From: Sminthopsis crassicaudata
Taxonomy: Eukaryota
Assembly: GCF_048593235.1 (NCBI RefSeq)
Contig: NC_133618.1
Span: 514,743,675 to 514,807,674 of the forward strand
Length of the DNA stretch: 64,000 bases
Direction: 5' to 3'
This document shows, in pieces, positions 14,278-27,100 of this stretch (the stretch's first letter is position 1; every line of letters begins with the position of its first letter). The notes under the pieces are model-generated. The model was not told the DNA's origin, searched no databases, and saw only the letters and a program-made list of their open reading frames with translations. The position numbers were made by a program, and so were the translations under genes.

Positions 14278-15810
14278 TGGCATAGATGTTGGTCACATCT
14301 AAAAATCCATAAAGTTATCAAATATGAAGCAATCATATCCAATAAAGCATTCATATAGCATTTGTTTTATGCTAAGCACTTTTGCAATCAAGAAGAGATA
14401 AGATAATTTGCCATAAATTACATACTAAAACATATCTGTAACTAAAACAGATGATGGTGGACTTATCAAACGCAGAGGCTGACTGGCTTTCTCTCCTCAC
14501 ACTGCCATACTTGGTGCTTCCAGGGGTACCTGGATTCTTCCCAGGCAGTTGCTAGACAGAACCTGCTGAAGGTTGGGGTGACTGGTGCCAGGATCTTCCT
14601 TTGATGGTAGTTTCAAGTGCCAGGGAATGCTGACCATGGGGTCTGACTCCCACTCTATCCTCACTCCCCCAAGCTGGGTGAGGAAGTATTTGGGCGAAAT
14701 TGAGTGGGATCCCCACTACTGTTGCTGCTTCCCCCATGTCTACAGAGGGGACAGAATTTGTGTTTCCCTATAATTCTTTAGCAACTTCTTAATCTGATCT
14801 GAAATGAGAAGAGTTAGCAAACTGAAGAATCGGGGCTATACCAATCTTGTTAGCAATCCCTATCACTGTGATGTATCAGGACTCTAGGGAATGGAACGTG
14901 CTGAATGATCAGGGTTGTGAAGAGAGTCCCTTAATACCTTCTGGCGTGCTTTCCCAATGGAGCAGAAAAGGACTGTGGATAAGATAGAAATCAAGGAAGG
15001 GTTAGCAAAAAGTTCCTGTTTACCTAATTTTTTCTTTTTCTTTTTCATTTCCTTCTTTCAGAATGGGGTAAATTCCTGGAAATACCCCCAGTGTCTTAGG
15101 AATTTTTTTCCTTGCCATATTAAAATGAGTAATTGCCAAACTCCTTAATCATTGCTCTCAAAACCTTGACACTCTGTTAAGATGTTATTTTAGCATTTCT
15201 ATAATTTTAATTAGCTAACTTTATTTTTGTACCCCCAGCTTGGTCAGAGCTGGGGTCCACAGGAAAATGTCAGGTTTTTTCCCCTTTTAAAGTATGTCAT
15301 GGATGTTAAGAAAAATTTCCCAGACTTCTAACTAAAGCATAGAAATTTTTCCTTGCTGGCTGCATTTAAAATTTTTTCAGGTATCAAAATCTAGCTGATA
15401 GTACAAATATGACATAGAGAATTCTGCACAGAGATATAGACACAGACAAAAATGACTGGAAGAGGACTGTCCCATCTCTTCTGGTGTGAAAAAGGTGGCA
15501 AAAGTTAGTTCTTTGCTAAAAGTCTTCCTACAGTATATTGTCTCCTTCTCCTCTGGCATCCCAGAGAGCAAAAAAGTGGCAAAGATGAGTTTGCTGGGCA
15601 TTGCAAGAATTTCCAAGTTTGGGTATCCCCAGTCAAGGGAAATCTGCTGAGCTTGGAGCTCAAGATGGCCCAGATAAAGCCTTCTCCCAGTTGCTTGGGG
15701 TGTCCCAGCTATAGTATTGAGGGAGAAAAAAATGAGGGACTTACCTTGACAAGAAGGGGATGAAGCCAGGGGAGGCCAGACTCTCCCCAGATGGGCCATC
15801 AAATGTTGAA
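11375..15810 (-). mobile_element. Decayed class I (gamma-related/ERV1) endogenous retrovirus with 3' LTR (ERV-A)
   Basis: Minus-strand remnants in proviral order: gag MA-like KSLIFFSLNT (~15750), protease end (~14850), RT N-terminus (~14450-14750), RT core PHIFGQALASDL...FVDDILICSP (~13430-13530), RKQTILSLPEP..KQLRPFLGMA, RNase H PIAYFSKKL..CLRAIAVTTLL (~12900) and the IN start. Then PPT AGAGGAGGGG (11949-11958) and a TG...CA LTR at 11375-11944 with AATAAA (11526-11531). Confidence 0.85.
14213..14275. repeat. (AC)n microsatellite, ~31 units
   Basis: Perfect dinucleotide run. Confidence 0.98.
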
Positions 15811-16714
15811 GTTCAAAAGGGAGGTCCCAAAAGGTTGTTATCTGGCAGTCAGCAAAGTTTCTAGGACTATACTAGAGTATTGTTAAAGCCAGGAGACTTT
15901 AGGATCATTGACAGATTGTTAAAACAATACCACTCATAGGATGTTGGGGCCTCAGGATTACTACTATATTTCTTCTAGAAGCTGCACCCCATCATACTCC
16001 TCTCAAGCAGGTGAAACCCAAATTCTTTTGGGACAAAAGGACAAAGGTCACATTTTACTTCAGACATTCACTAGCTGTGGCTCTGGGGGACTGTTTGCCT
16101 CAGTTTCCTCATCTGTAAAATGAGAGCTTATGAGGATCTAATGAGAGGTAGGTAAGGCATTTTGTAAACCCTTATGGATTATATAAATGATATCTCTAAT
16201 TAGATTATTATATTAACTTCATAATTACTCTCCATGCTTCAATCTTTCCTCACTCTTGTCTATCCTATAAATTGTGGCTAAAATAGTTTTCCTTAAGTGT
16301 TTCCTCTGGCCTCTATGGGAAATATTAACTCCTCTGTTTAGCTTTTAAAGCTCTACACATTCTGGTCCTAACCTACCTTTGTGTCCTCATTGGACATTAT
16401 TCTACTTTGCCACATACTGTGATCTAGCCACACTGGCCTTCTCTCTGTTCTGCATTCAGGATACTCCATCTTCTGTCTTTATTACTTTAAATTGACTATC
16501 ACCTGTACCTGGGTCCCCCATTCCCTTCTTACCTCTCCTTCATAGAGTTCCTCTCTTCCATTGTCCAAAAGAAAAGTTCCTAATTCCTCCCCCTGCTGGT
16601 GTCCTCCCTTTCAGAATGCTTCACCTTTAACTACTTTGTGTGTATGTAAATTTTATGCAATATATATTTTTACATGTACCTCTTATCTCCCCCATTACTA
16701 TATAAGGTTAAAGT

Positions 16715-16940
16715 GGTTGTTGCCCGGTCATTTCAGTCACATCCAACTCTTTGTGACCCCATTTGAGATTTTCTTGGCAAAGCTACTCATTTCCTTCAGC
16801 TCATTTTACAGATGAGGCAACTGAGGCAAATAGCCTTAAGTGACTTTCTCAGGATCATACAGCTAGTCAGAGCCTGAAGTTGTATTTGAACTTGGGTCTT
16901 CCTGACTCCAGGTCCAGCTTTCTATGCACTGCATCACCTT
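16715..16940 (-). mobile_element. MAR1-like SINE (CORE + RTE-type tail)
   Basis: GTTGTT...TTTCAGTCACATCCAACTCTTTGTGACCCCATTTG...TTCTTGGCAAAG tail plus CORE. Confidence 0.75.
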
Positions 16941-17241
16941 GATGCCCTGTTGTTGATTGTTAGTGTTTTTATTCTTCATTCTCAAAGATGACCATGATGT
17001 CAGGGAGATGATGCCATGGATCGGTGAGGAAGGGCTGTGCCAGGCCACCTGCCTCACTTTCCCCTTCAGAGACATCTGAGTCTAGTAGTGAGATACAGAT
17101 CAGGAGGACTGCAGGGTCTTGGATGCAGTGGGAGCCCTTAGCCTTCTTAAGCTTCTTTGTCTCAGTTTCACAGTGATTAATAATGTGGCTGATGTAGCAA
17201 ATGATGGTAGGTATGATGTTGTGCTTTAGGAGAGCACCAAG

Positions 17242-17379
17242 TGTTGGGGTTTAGTCATGTGAAGAACTCATATTCTCTTTGGCAAAAGGTAGGTTTATTT
17301 AGAAGAGGTTATAGACAAAATGAAAGGATTCAAATAGACACCAGGAATGGTGAATAAGAGATATGGGAGAGAATAGAAG

Positions 17380-17421
<42 letters not shown>

Positions 17422-18553
17422 ACATTATCCCTTGTATTCATTTTTCCAAATTATCCCCCCCCTCCACTCCCTCCCCCCGATGACAGGTAATCCCATACAT
17501 TTTACATGTGTTACAATATAACCTAGATACAATATATGTGTGTAAATACCATTTTCTTGTTGCACATTAAGTATTAGATTCCGAAGGTATAAGTAACCCG
17601 GGTAGATAGACAGTAGTGCTAACAATTTACATTCACTTCCCAGTGTTCCTTCTCTGGGTGTAGTTGTTTCTGTCCATCATTGATCAGCTGGAAGTGAGTT
17701 GGATCTTCTTTATGTTGAAGATATCCACTTCCATCAGAATACCTCTTCATACAGCATTGAAGTGTACAGCGATCTTCTGGTTCTGCTCATTTCACTCAGC
17801 ATCAGTTGATGTAAGTCTCTCCAAGCCTCTCTGTATTCCTCCTGCTGGTCATTTCTTACAGAGCAATAATATTCCATAACCTTCATATACCACAATTTAC
17901 CCAACCATTCTCCAATTGATGGACTTCCATTCATCTTCCAGTTTCTAGCTACAACAAAAAGAGCTGCCACAAACATTTTGGCACATACAGGTCCCTGAAG
18001 AAAGGGTTTTTTAACAATTAATGATGAGAAGGACAAATTCCCTAGTGGAATTTGCAGTTAGCCTGGAGAAAGGAACATACCCCCCTTGAGGTTGGAGTGC
18101 ACACCCTTATCTGGGATGCTAAATTCTAAAAGGCATTTATTACCCTAAAAGAGTTAGTTAGCTTTAAGGAGAAGTGGGATCTGAGAGGAGAGATAACATA
18201 AAGTACTGTGGGGTTAGGAGATGACATCATAGGGCAAGGGGGAGGGGTAAAGGGAAAGACACCAGGAGACAGAGTGTCCTGGAGGACTGACCCAAAAGAA
18301 TGAAGTAAAGATAGCATTGGCCATAAACAGATTTGTAGGGGAAATATAATGTCAGGGACAAGACTGGGTTTCTGACAGAATATAGCAAGGTGAGGCTGCC
18401 CACTACCATGGTTCACAGAGGGTAGGCCTCAGGGGCTTGACATAATTTGTATTTGTTGGCTGGACACAGCAAGGTGAGGGCCATTAAGCTAAACTGATCT
18501 CTATCAGAGCCCTTTTCTTGCCTGCCCCAAGGAGTAATTCCATCAATGTTTCA
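17242..18553 (-). mobile_element. ERV LTR (3' LTR of a second provirus, ERV-B), interrupted by an L1
   Basis: Starts TG after a purine tract (GCAGAGAGGAAC, 18554-18565) and ends CCCCAACA. AATAAA at 17294-17299 lies near the end. It is not similar to the LTR at 11375-11944. Confidence 0.7.
17385..17996 (-). mobile_element. Young 5'-truncated L1 (ORF2 end + 3'UTR + polyA)
   Basis: About 33-nt T tract, ORF2 C-terminal peptide KMFVAALFVVARNWK...YCSVRND, and TSD GAAGAAAGG at 17376-17384 and 17997-18005. Confidence 0.9.
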
Positions 18554-19253
18554 GTTCCTCTCTGCCAATCCCCAGCTCTCAGGGACCTCATCAGTTAAGA
18601 CTAGATAAGAAAGAAGTGAGACAAAGAAAGTTTGTTTTTTCCTTAGTAAAAAAAAAAAAAAAAACAAAAAACAGAAAAACATCAAACTCCAAACCAGGAA
18701 GGGAATACCCTTAAATTTTCCGGTCAAAACAGAAACACTATATATGTTCACTCTGTGGCATTGAGGACCCAAACAAAGTAGGATCTTTTGTTGGTCAAGC
18801 AATGAAACTCCAAATGATTTGGATTTAAGGCATGGTGCTTAAAGAAATCTAGCCAATGAACCTCAAGATGTCTTATGATATTTCCATGATCAATATTTAC
18901 ATTCTTTTAGACTGAGTACCCACTGAAAGGGAAAAGAAAGCAGAAAAGCTGCCCACTCATTGAGGTAGAAATAGCATTTAAAAATACTGAAAAAATGGTG
19001 GATTAGCTCACATATATGAACAGCAGATTCATGATGGAGTCAACAATATTATAAAGGTGGTAAGAGATAATTCAGAAGTTATCTGAAAAAGGGGAAGATG
19101 TCAAAAGTATGGAAACAATCTTGAAATTTATTAATTCCTACTGACTATTTTTTGATTAATTTTAATTTTGATGAGATTCATTTATGCCTTCATTAATGGT
19201 AAAAAGAATGTTTTTTAAATCTCTGCAGATCTTTTCCACCTTTTTTTCTGTTG

Positions 19254-19470
19254 TAATAATACTAAGAGCTAGTGCAGGCTTTACAATCATTATCTCAGTT
19301 GATCCTTACAACAAGCTTCATAGGTTCTATTATAATTCCCATTTTATAGATGAGGAAACTGAGGCAAATTAAGTGATTTGCCCAGGGGCACATGGCTAAT
19401 AAGTGTCTTGAGACCAGATTTGAAGTCAGGTCTTCCAGACTCCAAGTCTGGCATTCTATCCATTGAACCA
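19254..19470 (-). mobile_element. MIR-family SINE
   Basis: CCCATTTTATAGATGAGGAAACTGAGGC core. Confidence 0.75.
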
Positions 19471-20659
19471 AACAAATAAAATAAATACCAAGATTCCACT
19501 TGAGCAGTAGTCAAAGTATACAAACGGTTTGTAGGTGAAGAAAGTGACAATAAATCATTATATAAAAATACATACCTTTATTAGCAGTATAACTTTAACC
19601 ACGAGATGGCATTACTGCCACTAACTTGATCTTTAGCTTAAAAACTAAGCACCAGGCAATGCTAAATCAGCTAAGGGATCCTCTCTCTTTTGTTGAATTT
19701 TCCTTCCCCATGTCACTAGAAAGCAAATCTAGCAGTAAAACAAGGTGGGTGGTGGGAGGATAACAAAAAATGACATGTTCTCCAAGAGCTCTGATGTTGG
19801 CTGCTGACACTGCAATATCATATCCTGAATAAATATCAACTGTTTTTTCCCTTTCCAACCCTGCAGCTCATAGCTTGGCCCAGTGGGAGAACTTTCCAGG
19901 AACCTTATCCATCAGTGTATCCTGTTATTAGATTAATGGCCATCGGAGTGCAATTATGTATGTCTGTCTCTTAGCAGGCAGTCATCGGCGATATGGCAAT
20001 AGGATTCTTTAAGAACCAAGTCTTCAAAAATAGGATCCTTTTGGGCTAGTAGATAAGATGAAGCACTGGACTGATCCTGAAGGTGTGAAGGGCAGGCACA
20101 CATCATGAATATTCCATTTTTATCGAACAAGTGAACCCTTCGGGAGATCTTGTTACTGGACTACCATGCATAACCCTGCTCTTAATGGGAAATTCTGAAG
20201 GGTGACAGTATGACTTTGTATCATCCATTCAGTGTTAACTAGGACATAACAAGTAAGCATCTGCTTTTTAAAAGTAGATACAATGAAGAGCCTTTTCAAG
20301 GAGATTATGGCTATAGAAACTTAACACTTACTTTGAATATGCACTTCTTTGTGCCTGTCAAAGGCCTTTCAGCCTGATCATTATAGAGAGAGGATTCTAA
20401 AAACAGAAGTTCTATAGGATCCTAAAGACCTAAGGAGAAAGCCTACTGGTCCGTGTTCTTAACCCTTTCTGGACTAGAGTCTGTTCTGGGATCCTCTTGA
20501 AAGAGGTAGACTAACAAGTGACTCACTGAAAGGGAAACACCTAAATATCCAGTTAGGGCAAGAATTGTTAAGAATCTCATAAAGTTAATGTGCTTCCTTT
20601 CTAGATTGAGGGAGTATTAGCATCTTACTATGGATTACATGTGAAATCCTGCAAAACTT

Positions 20660-21345
20660 ATTTACATAGCCATTTTGCAAAAAAGCAAGAAAAAGAAAGT
20701 GAAAAATAATGCTACAATTTACCTTCAGGCTCCATCAGATCTTACTCTGGAAGTGGACAATATTTTATTTTATTTTTTTACCATTAGTCCTTTGGAATTA
20801 TCTTGGATCACTGTATTGGTCAGAATAGCTATATCATTCATAATTTTCCCAGATTTTTCTGAAACCATCTTGGTCCTTATTTTTTATAGGGCAATAATAT
20901 TCCATCATAATCATATGCCACATGTTCAGCCATTTTCCAACTAATAGGCATTCTTTCAATTTTGAATTCTTTGCCACCAGAAAAAAAAAAAAAAAAAAGC
21001 TGCTATAAGTATTTCTGTACATATAGGTCCCTTTCCTTTGATCTCTTTGGGAGACAGACCTAATAGTGGTACTGCTGGGTCAAAGTGTTTGGCTCAGGTT
21101 CCCTTTCAAGCATAGTTCCAAATTGTTCCCCAGAATGATTGTTCTTTCAACAGTGTATTATTTTTTCACAATCTTTCTGATACTTATTTTCCTTTTTGTC
21201 ACATTAGCCAACCTGATAAGTGTGAGGTAGTTTCTCAGAGTTGCTTTAATTTTCATTTCTAATCAGTAGTGATTTAGAATATCTTTTTACATGCCTACAG
21301 ATATCTTTGATCAAGGGAATCCATTTTTATAATTCTGGATATGAA
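20660..21345 (-). mobile_element. L1 ORF2/3' fragments
   Basis: Peptide FLVAKNSKLKECLLVGKWLNMWHMIMMEYYC on the minus strand. Confidence 0.7.
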
Positions 21346-23690
21346 GAAGTTCCCATCTTGGTTACCTAAAAAAGTACAAAAGACAGTCTCCATTCAGGTA
21401 CACTTACCTGATTTAACAGGTTTTGCAAAAGTAAATCTTCTTTGAGGTTCCTCACATCAATGAAACCATAGCTAGGAGATGCTTTGAACTGACCTTATTA
21501 GACTATACTCTCACCAATCACTGTTCTAATGACTCATTAGACTGTTGTAACATTCTCTAACAGCCTCCCAAGTTCCTTGGTGGTAAAAAGCCTGTCCACT
21601 CTTAACTCTGAAGAAGTAACCTCTGGGGAATAACAACAGTAATAACCTTAGGCTTTCTAACCATCTCTGGCATTCCTGGTTCTCACTCTTACCCCCACTT
21701 CCCTTCTCTAATGACTCTAATCTTAACAGAATTCAACATATTTTCTGTAGTGAGTAATCATGTTTTTCACTGGTAGCCTACTGAACCCTGCTTCCATCTC
21801 TAATATAGCTGAATGTGCAATTCTATAGACAATGCATTTTCATTTTTCTCATGCTGGCTGTTATAGGCATAACTTGCATAATTTCCCTTAAATGGTACTG
21901 AAACTACTTCAGGACTTAATTGGTCCAAGAAACCTAGGTTAAAATCAGTAAGGATAACTTTCTTGTGGTGTAAGCACAAAAGCCACCAGGGATTACTCCT
22001 GCAGATTTGATGTCTCTTCACTGGCAGGGAAGTGGGACCCAACTGAATCAATGTATAAGCCTGATGAATTATCTTTCAATAATATGGCTGAGTAAACTTC
22101 TTCTTGTTAACTATTGTCTTGTTTCATTTCAATCCTAAACACAAGCCAGCAGTCTGCCTTGAGTCAAATCTGGCCTATAACACTGATGCTTTTCTAAAAT
22201 CATTTGCAAAATCCAGGTAATACTAGTTCTTACAATACTTTTTATTTTACCTGTCATTCTCCTTAAACTCCCATTGGACTAATCCTAGGGGATTAGTGTA
22301 GCTTCCCCCTTATCCTAGTTGAGTTCCTTGTGTGCAGAAAAGAGCAAGAATCAATGGATACTAGATTCTTAAAACCTTCCATCCAATACTCCTCCCAAAT
22401 GGGACTTATGATGTCATCAAGTCTTAATGAAGAACTTAGTCTTTCAATGGAGTTCAGAACTTTGCAATTTGAAGTCTTGATGTTGCCTTGGGGCACTTAG
22501 ATTTTTTGAATCTGTCAGTATCTGGGAGGACAGGTATCCACTGAAGCAATCATCTTTCCTCACTCAGAGAAACTAACTTTGTCAGGTTATACTTCTACTG
22601 CAATCAAAGGCAATAAACTAGATGGGGAAATTCCTTAATTTGGAAGGAATGAAAGCCACTGCATGAAGTAAATTAACTTTACACAGGAAGTGTATTGGAA
22701 TTGGCTGGGGGAATTCAATAATTCCATGGACCATGGAATCTGGGCATTTGAGTATCTGGCCAGCCTAGAAGAGAGAGCAGTCTAACCAAATCCCTCAAAG
22801 GGAACTGTTTGGTGAAGATCTGTGCCCTTGCAACAAAAGGACCTTGTGATCTCTCCAAAGGTCTGAAGTTTTTGGACATCTTAGCAGTATCTTCAAAAAG
22901 AGCCAAGGATAAATGAGACATCCAGAGAAAAAGCAGCCTGAGGACTCTACAAAGAGTTTGGATAAAACTGTATCATGCCATGTCTTTACAAGGATACCAC
23001 AAAGGACACAAAAGGATCTGCAGCAAAGATTTCCAGGAGCTGCATGTTACCATTATTGCCACTGGTGGTTGTAGGCTTGGGCCCTATTTGTCAAAGTTGC
23101 CCACCTAGTTTTTGTTTTTCAAGAAAGATTTTATTTTACATTCTTTCAAGAATGGGTAATTAAGCTAGTAAACACACTTTTCATTCTGCAAAGGTAGTAT
23201 TTTATTTCCTATCTTGAAACATGTCCCTCCCAATTCCCCAGAAGTTACAGAATGTGAATCTTGGAAGGATACTTTTTATCTAGTGATTTTGCCACACCAC
23301 TTCAATAAATACTCTTTCCTACATGTTTAGGCCAGCTGACTAATTTATATCAACTGCTAATCACTGGGGAAGCATAGGAACATTAATTTATAAGCCATAG
23401 TGCAAGAAGCCCCAATCCCCTTCTCCTAGAACCCTAAGGGGAAAAAAAAGCACTAAAGACTCTCTGGATATTCAACTTGCCAGTGCAAGGGAAGTTAGGA
23501 GAATGAGCCCTAGAACACGTGCTATAGGTAGGACTTGAATCCACAACTTTCTTAACTCCAAGGCTCTCTATTCATTATACCATGCTGCTTCTCTGTACAT
23601 CTGTATCCCTAAATTAGATTATAAGTTTCTTGAGAGTACAGACTAGCTGGCTCTAAAAATATTTGTTAAAGTAATAATTGAATCAAGTTA

Positions 23691-23696
23691 TTTATT
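23691..23696 (-). terminator. Likely DHRS1 polyadenylation signal (AATAAA)
   Basis: TTTATT on the plus strand, about 410 nt past the DHRS1 stop codon. Confidence 0.6.
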
Positions 23697-24102
23697 ACCC
23701 TAGAGGTCTTTTACATTAAAGGGTAAAACAAGGTACAGCAACAAGGAAAAGAAATAAAAGCAAAAGCACTAGTAGTACAAGAGTTCACGAGAGTTCCAGA
23801 GCTAGTCAATGTTCCAGATGAGACTAGAATTTGTGTCATATCCCAAGTGTTTGTCACCAGGAATCCCTCTGGTTACATGTGGGAGGAATACAGGTGATAT
23901 AGTGAAGAACCCAGCTGAAGTCTTCCCTTTAAGACAGGGATTGCTCAACAGTCCAAGTATGTGGGGAAACAGTAACTTTTCTTATCTAAACATCAAATCA
24001 CTCCCTGATCCATGGTTGATGAATACAGCAGAGTAGAGAACAACTGTGCTAAGTTTGCGAAGACAGGAAGTCTTGCCCCTTCATTTTGGTTGGCTGGTAA
24101 AA

Positions 24103-27100
24103 TCAGAATTTACTGGAATAGAGGACCATAATCCACTTGGGTATACGGAGGAAGCTGGGCACATAGGAGGCCAGCCAGGCCAGTCTGGGAACCTCAGAAA
24201 GCACTGATCGCAGGGATAGATAGTCAAAGACAGGACGGCCTGAAACAACAGGAAGCCAGGGTTGGAGTTTAAACATTCACTCCCCAGCTGTAAGCAACCC
24301 TGAACCTTGGAAATGGAAGGAGGAGATAAAGAAGGAAGGAAGGGATAAAAAGAAATGGTGGGAAAAGAAAATAGGAAGAAAAAAGGTGGGAAATGAAGAA
24401 GGAAAGTTTGAGAATATAAGGGCATTTCCCCCCTCCACTCCCTTTTTCCCTTACCCCACCCAAGTTTCTCACCATCCACATCGTTAAATCCATATTTTTT
24501 TGCTAGATCACAGGATGGAAGAACCCGACCACTCAATTGCAGGATGTTAGGATCTGAGAACAGAAAGCAATCAATTATAGAATGAAGGAGGCAGCCCAAT
24601 AAGAAAGTATCTACCTTAGAAATTTCAGAAGAATGACTTTTTAGCTCCAGGGCTATTAATGTCTTTCTGTCCATTCCTTTTAGGGGAGATATACTCTAGT
24701 ATATAATATTGTGCGATCTGAGAACATTTAATGTACTGTTAATCAAATTAAGTTTATTTACCTAATACAGTTCCCAAGGTCTCTAACAAACAACATCAGC
24801 CTTTCTTTTGCTTCCAAAGGCAGGAGCAGAATCTAGCTCTGGCTCAAATCAGTTAAACAGATTCCCACCTCCACCCTGACTCCTAATCCCACCAATTACC
24901 TGTTGCCAGGGCCACCACACATTTGCCACTCAGCTCTGGGGTTTCCCCATATGGAAGACGTTCTTTCAGCTTCATGATTGCATGATCAAAAGATATGAAC
25001 TATTAATCTAGCAGCAACATCCCAAGACTATTTATTAGTGTCATTCTTTTCCACTTTAAGGCCAAATTAAGAGTGGAGAAGAATGTATTCTCCCCTCAGA
25101 AATGCTTATGTCTGAAAAAAGGGCTCTTTCTTGCCTTTCCTTCATTCCATGAAATAGAATCCCATTATGCTAGTTTCTAAGAGCTATACTGCCTTTCTTC
25201 TAGATCAAAGCTTCTTAAACTTTTTCCACTTGCAAGCCTTTTTCGCCCAATAAATTTTTACATGACCCCAAGTATATAGGAATATAAAAATAGATATACA
25301 AATCAAACATTTGCTGACAATAATTATAATTTCACAACCCACCCATTCAGTTACGCTGTTGTACTCCACAGTTTGGGAAGTTCTGTTCTAGAACACAGAT
25401 TTATAACAGAAAAGGACCTTAGTAGTCTTATCTTCCAAACCCATTTGTGAAGGATAAACTGAGGTTCAGACAGGTAAAAGTCTAGCTCAAAGCTCCAGTA
25501 GTGTTCTCTCACTTTAAATACAGCTCTAAGAATTCATGTGAGATTATAAATCTGCGAGAGCAGAGACTATACCTTCTCTAAATTTTGTACCCTTCTAATA
25601 GCCTTACCACAGTGCTCTCACGCACAAACTTTAATAAACACATGTTTGAATGGAAGCTGGTCTTGAAGCTGAATCTAGCAGTGCCCCTTGGGTTCTGTGC
25701 CTATGTATTAGGTACAAAGATGACCACCCTCATGCCCTTTTCTTGCTGACCCTACGGGCTATGGGGTCCTCTTCTTTGTTCAAATGTTCCATCACTAGCT
25801 CTGTCTTCACCATCCCAGGCCAGAGAGACACATAGGCAATACCGTGGCGTCGTAGTTCCTGGGCACAATCTGTGGCCAACCTATCACACTATGAAGGAAA
25901 GAGGATAGAAATGAAAGTCATGATCCCCTATCTTCATTTCACTACTGTTTTTCCAGCCTTACCTCTAAGTGATCCTGCCCCCAACTTCAGAGCCTTCCTT
26001 CTCAACAAAAATGCCTCTCCTACCCAGAAACCCCTAAATGATTTCCTTTTCCTAAGGAAATTCCTATTTCTTAAGCATAGCACCAGCTTAACTGTAGGAA
26101 AGAGGCGGGGTATGGGTTTTTTTGTTTCCTGAAAAATCCAAAAGGGAAGGTCAGTATATGAGAGGATCGAACTATTCTTTCCAACATAATCTGGAAAAAG
26201 ATGAAGATAATGAACCACAGTGGCCTGAGCATCCCTTCCCCAAATTCTGTCAAGCTTTAGTCTCCACCTCCCAGCCATCAGGACCTCACCGCTGCTTTGC
26301 CCACACCGTAGGCTACATTGAAGATATACTGCAGCCCACCGAGCGAGGAGATGACCACGATGAGCCCTCGTCCTGCAGGCACCATTAGGCGGGCTCCATA
26401 GACCGAACACAAATAGTGGCCTCTGAAGGGGAGAGGAAGTGAAGTACAGATGGTACTACTTACATGCTACACAGAGCAGACAGACAAGTGCCTAACCTTG
26501 GGGGAACCAAGCCTTCTTATCACTTCTCACTGTGGTTGGTAGGGCCTTCTAGAGGATATTTTATTAATCTCATCTTCAAAGAAGCTTGCCTAGACCCAGG
26601 GCTTCTTAAAACTTTTTCTTCTGAGAAATTTTTACATGACTGGGTTACACAAGTACATAAAATAGATATTAGGGGGGAAAAAATCAAACATTTACTGATA
26701 CTAAGTAAAAATTTCACAACCCCCACATTTAGTTATAAGACCCCTTATGGGGTTGCAACTCACAATTTAAAAAACTGGGCCTTAGAGGATATTTTATTAA
26801 CCTCATCTTCAACTTAGATTTCTGTTCTCAAAGAAAAGAAGCCAAATTGCTGTCCTTGGTCTCTGATCTTATAAGATCTCATTTCTTATTCTCAGGATGT
26901 TCTTGCTTATATGGAACCTGTATCTCTTTTATTATACTTCTAATTCATTTTTGGGTCCTAATTAGACATGGGAAATATTACCATTAAGTATAGTAATAAT
27001 AAGTCAATATCTTTAAAATATCCTATAATTTAAAAATACTTTAAACATATTCTTATTTAAACCTTAAAATAACCCAGAGATAAGTGTTTTAAGTCTTATA

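Larger units (their letters stand above)
18554..23100 (-). mobile_element. Highly decayed ERV internal region (ERV-B)
   Basis: Integrase-like fragments around 19900-20400 (LLVM..TLNGW, CPFTPSGSV) lie upstream of the PPT/LTR. The region is interrupted by MIR and L1 pieces, and its boundaries are approximate. Confidence 0.45.

Noticed and set aside
17222-17241. TGGTGC after the LTR end as a possible tRNA-His primer-binding site
   Set aside because: Only 6 nt match. The PPT on the other side indicates a 3' LTR, and the ERV-A LTR has a different sequence.
24081-24674. 197-aa minus-strand ORF
   Set aside because: It is a chance read-through of DHRS1 exon sequence and introns. The last exon is actually read in a different frame.
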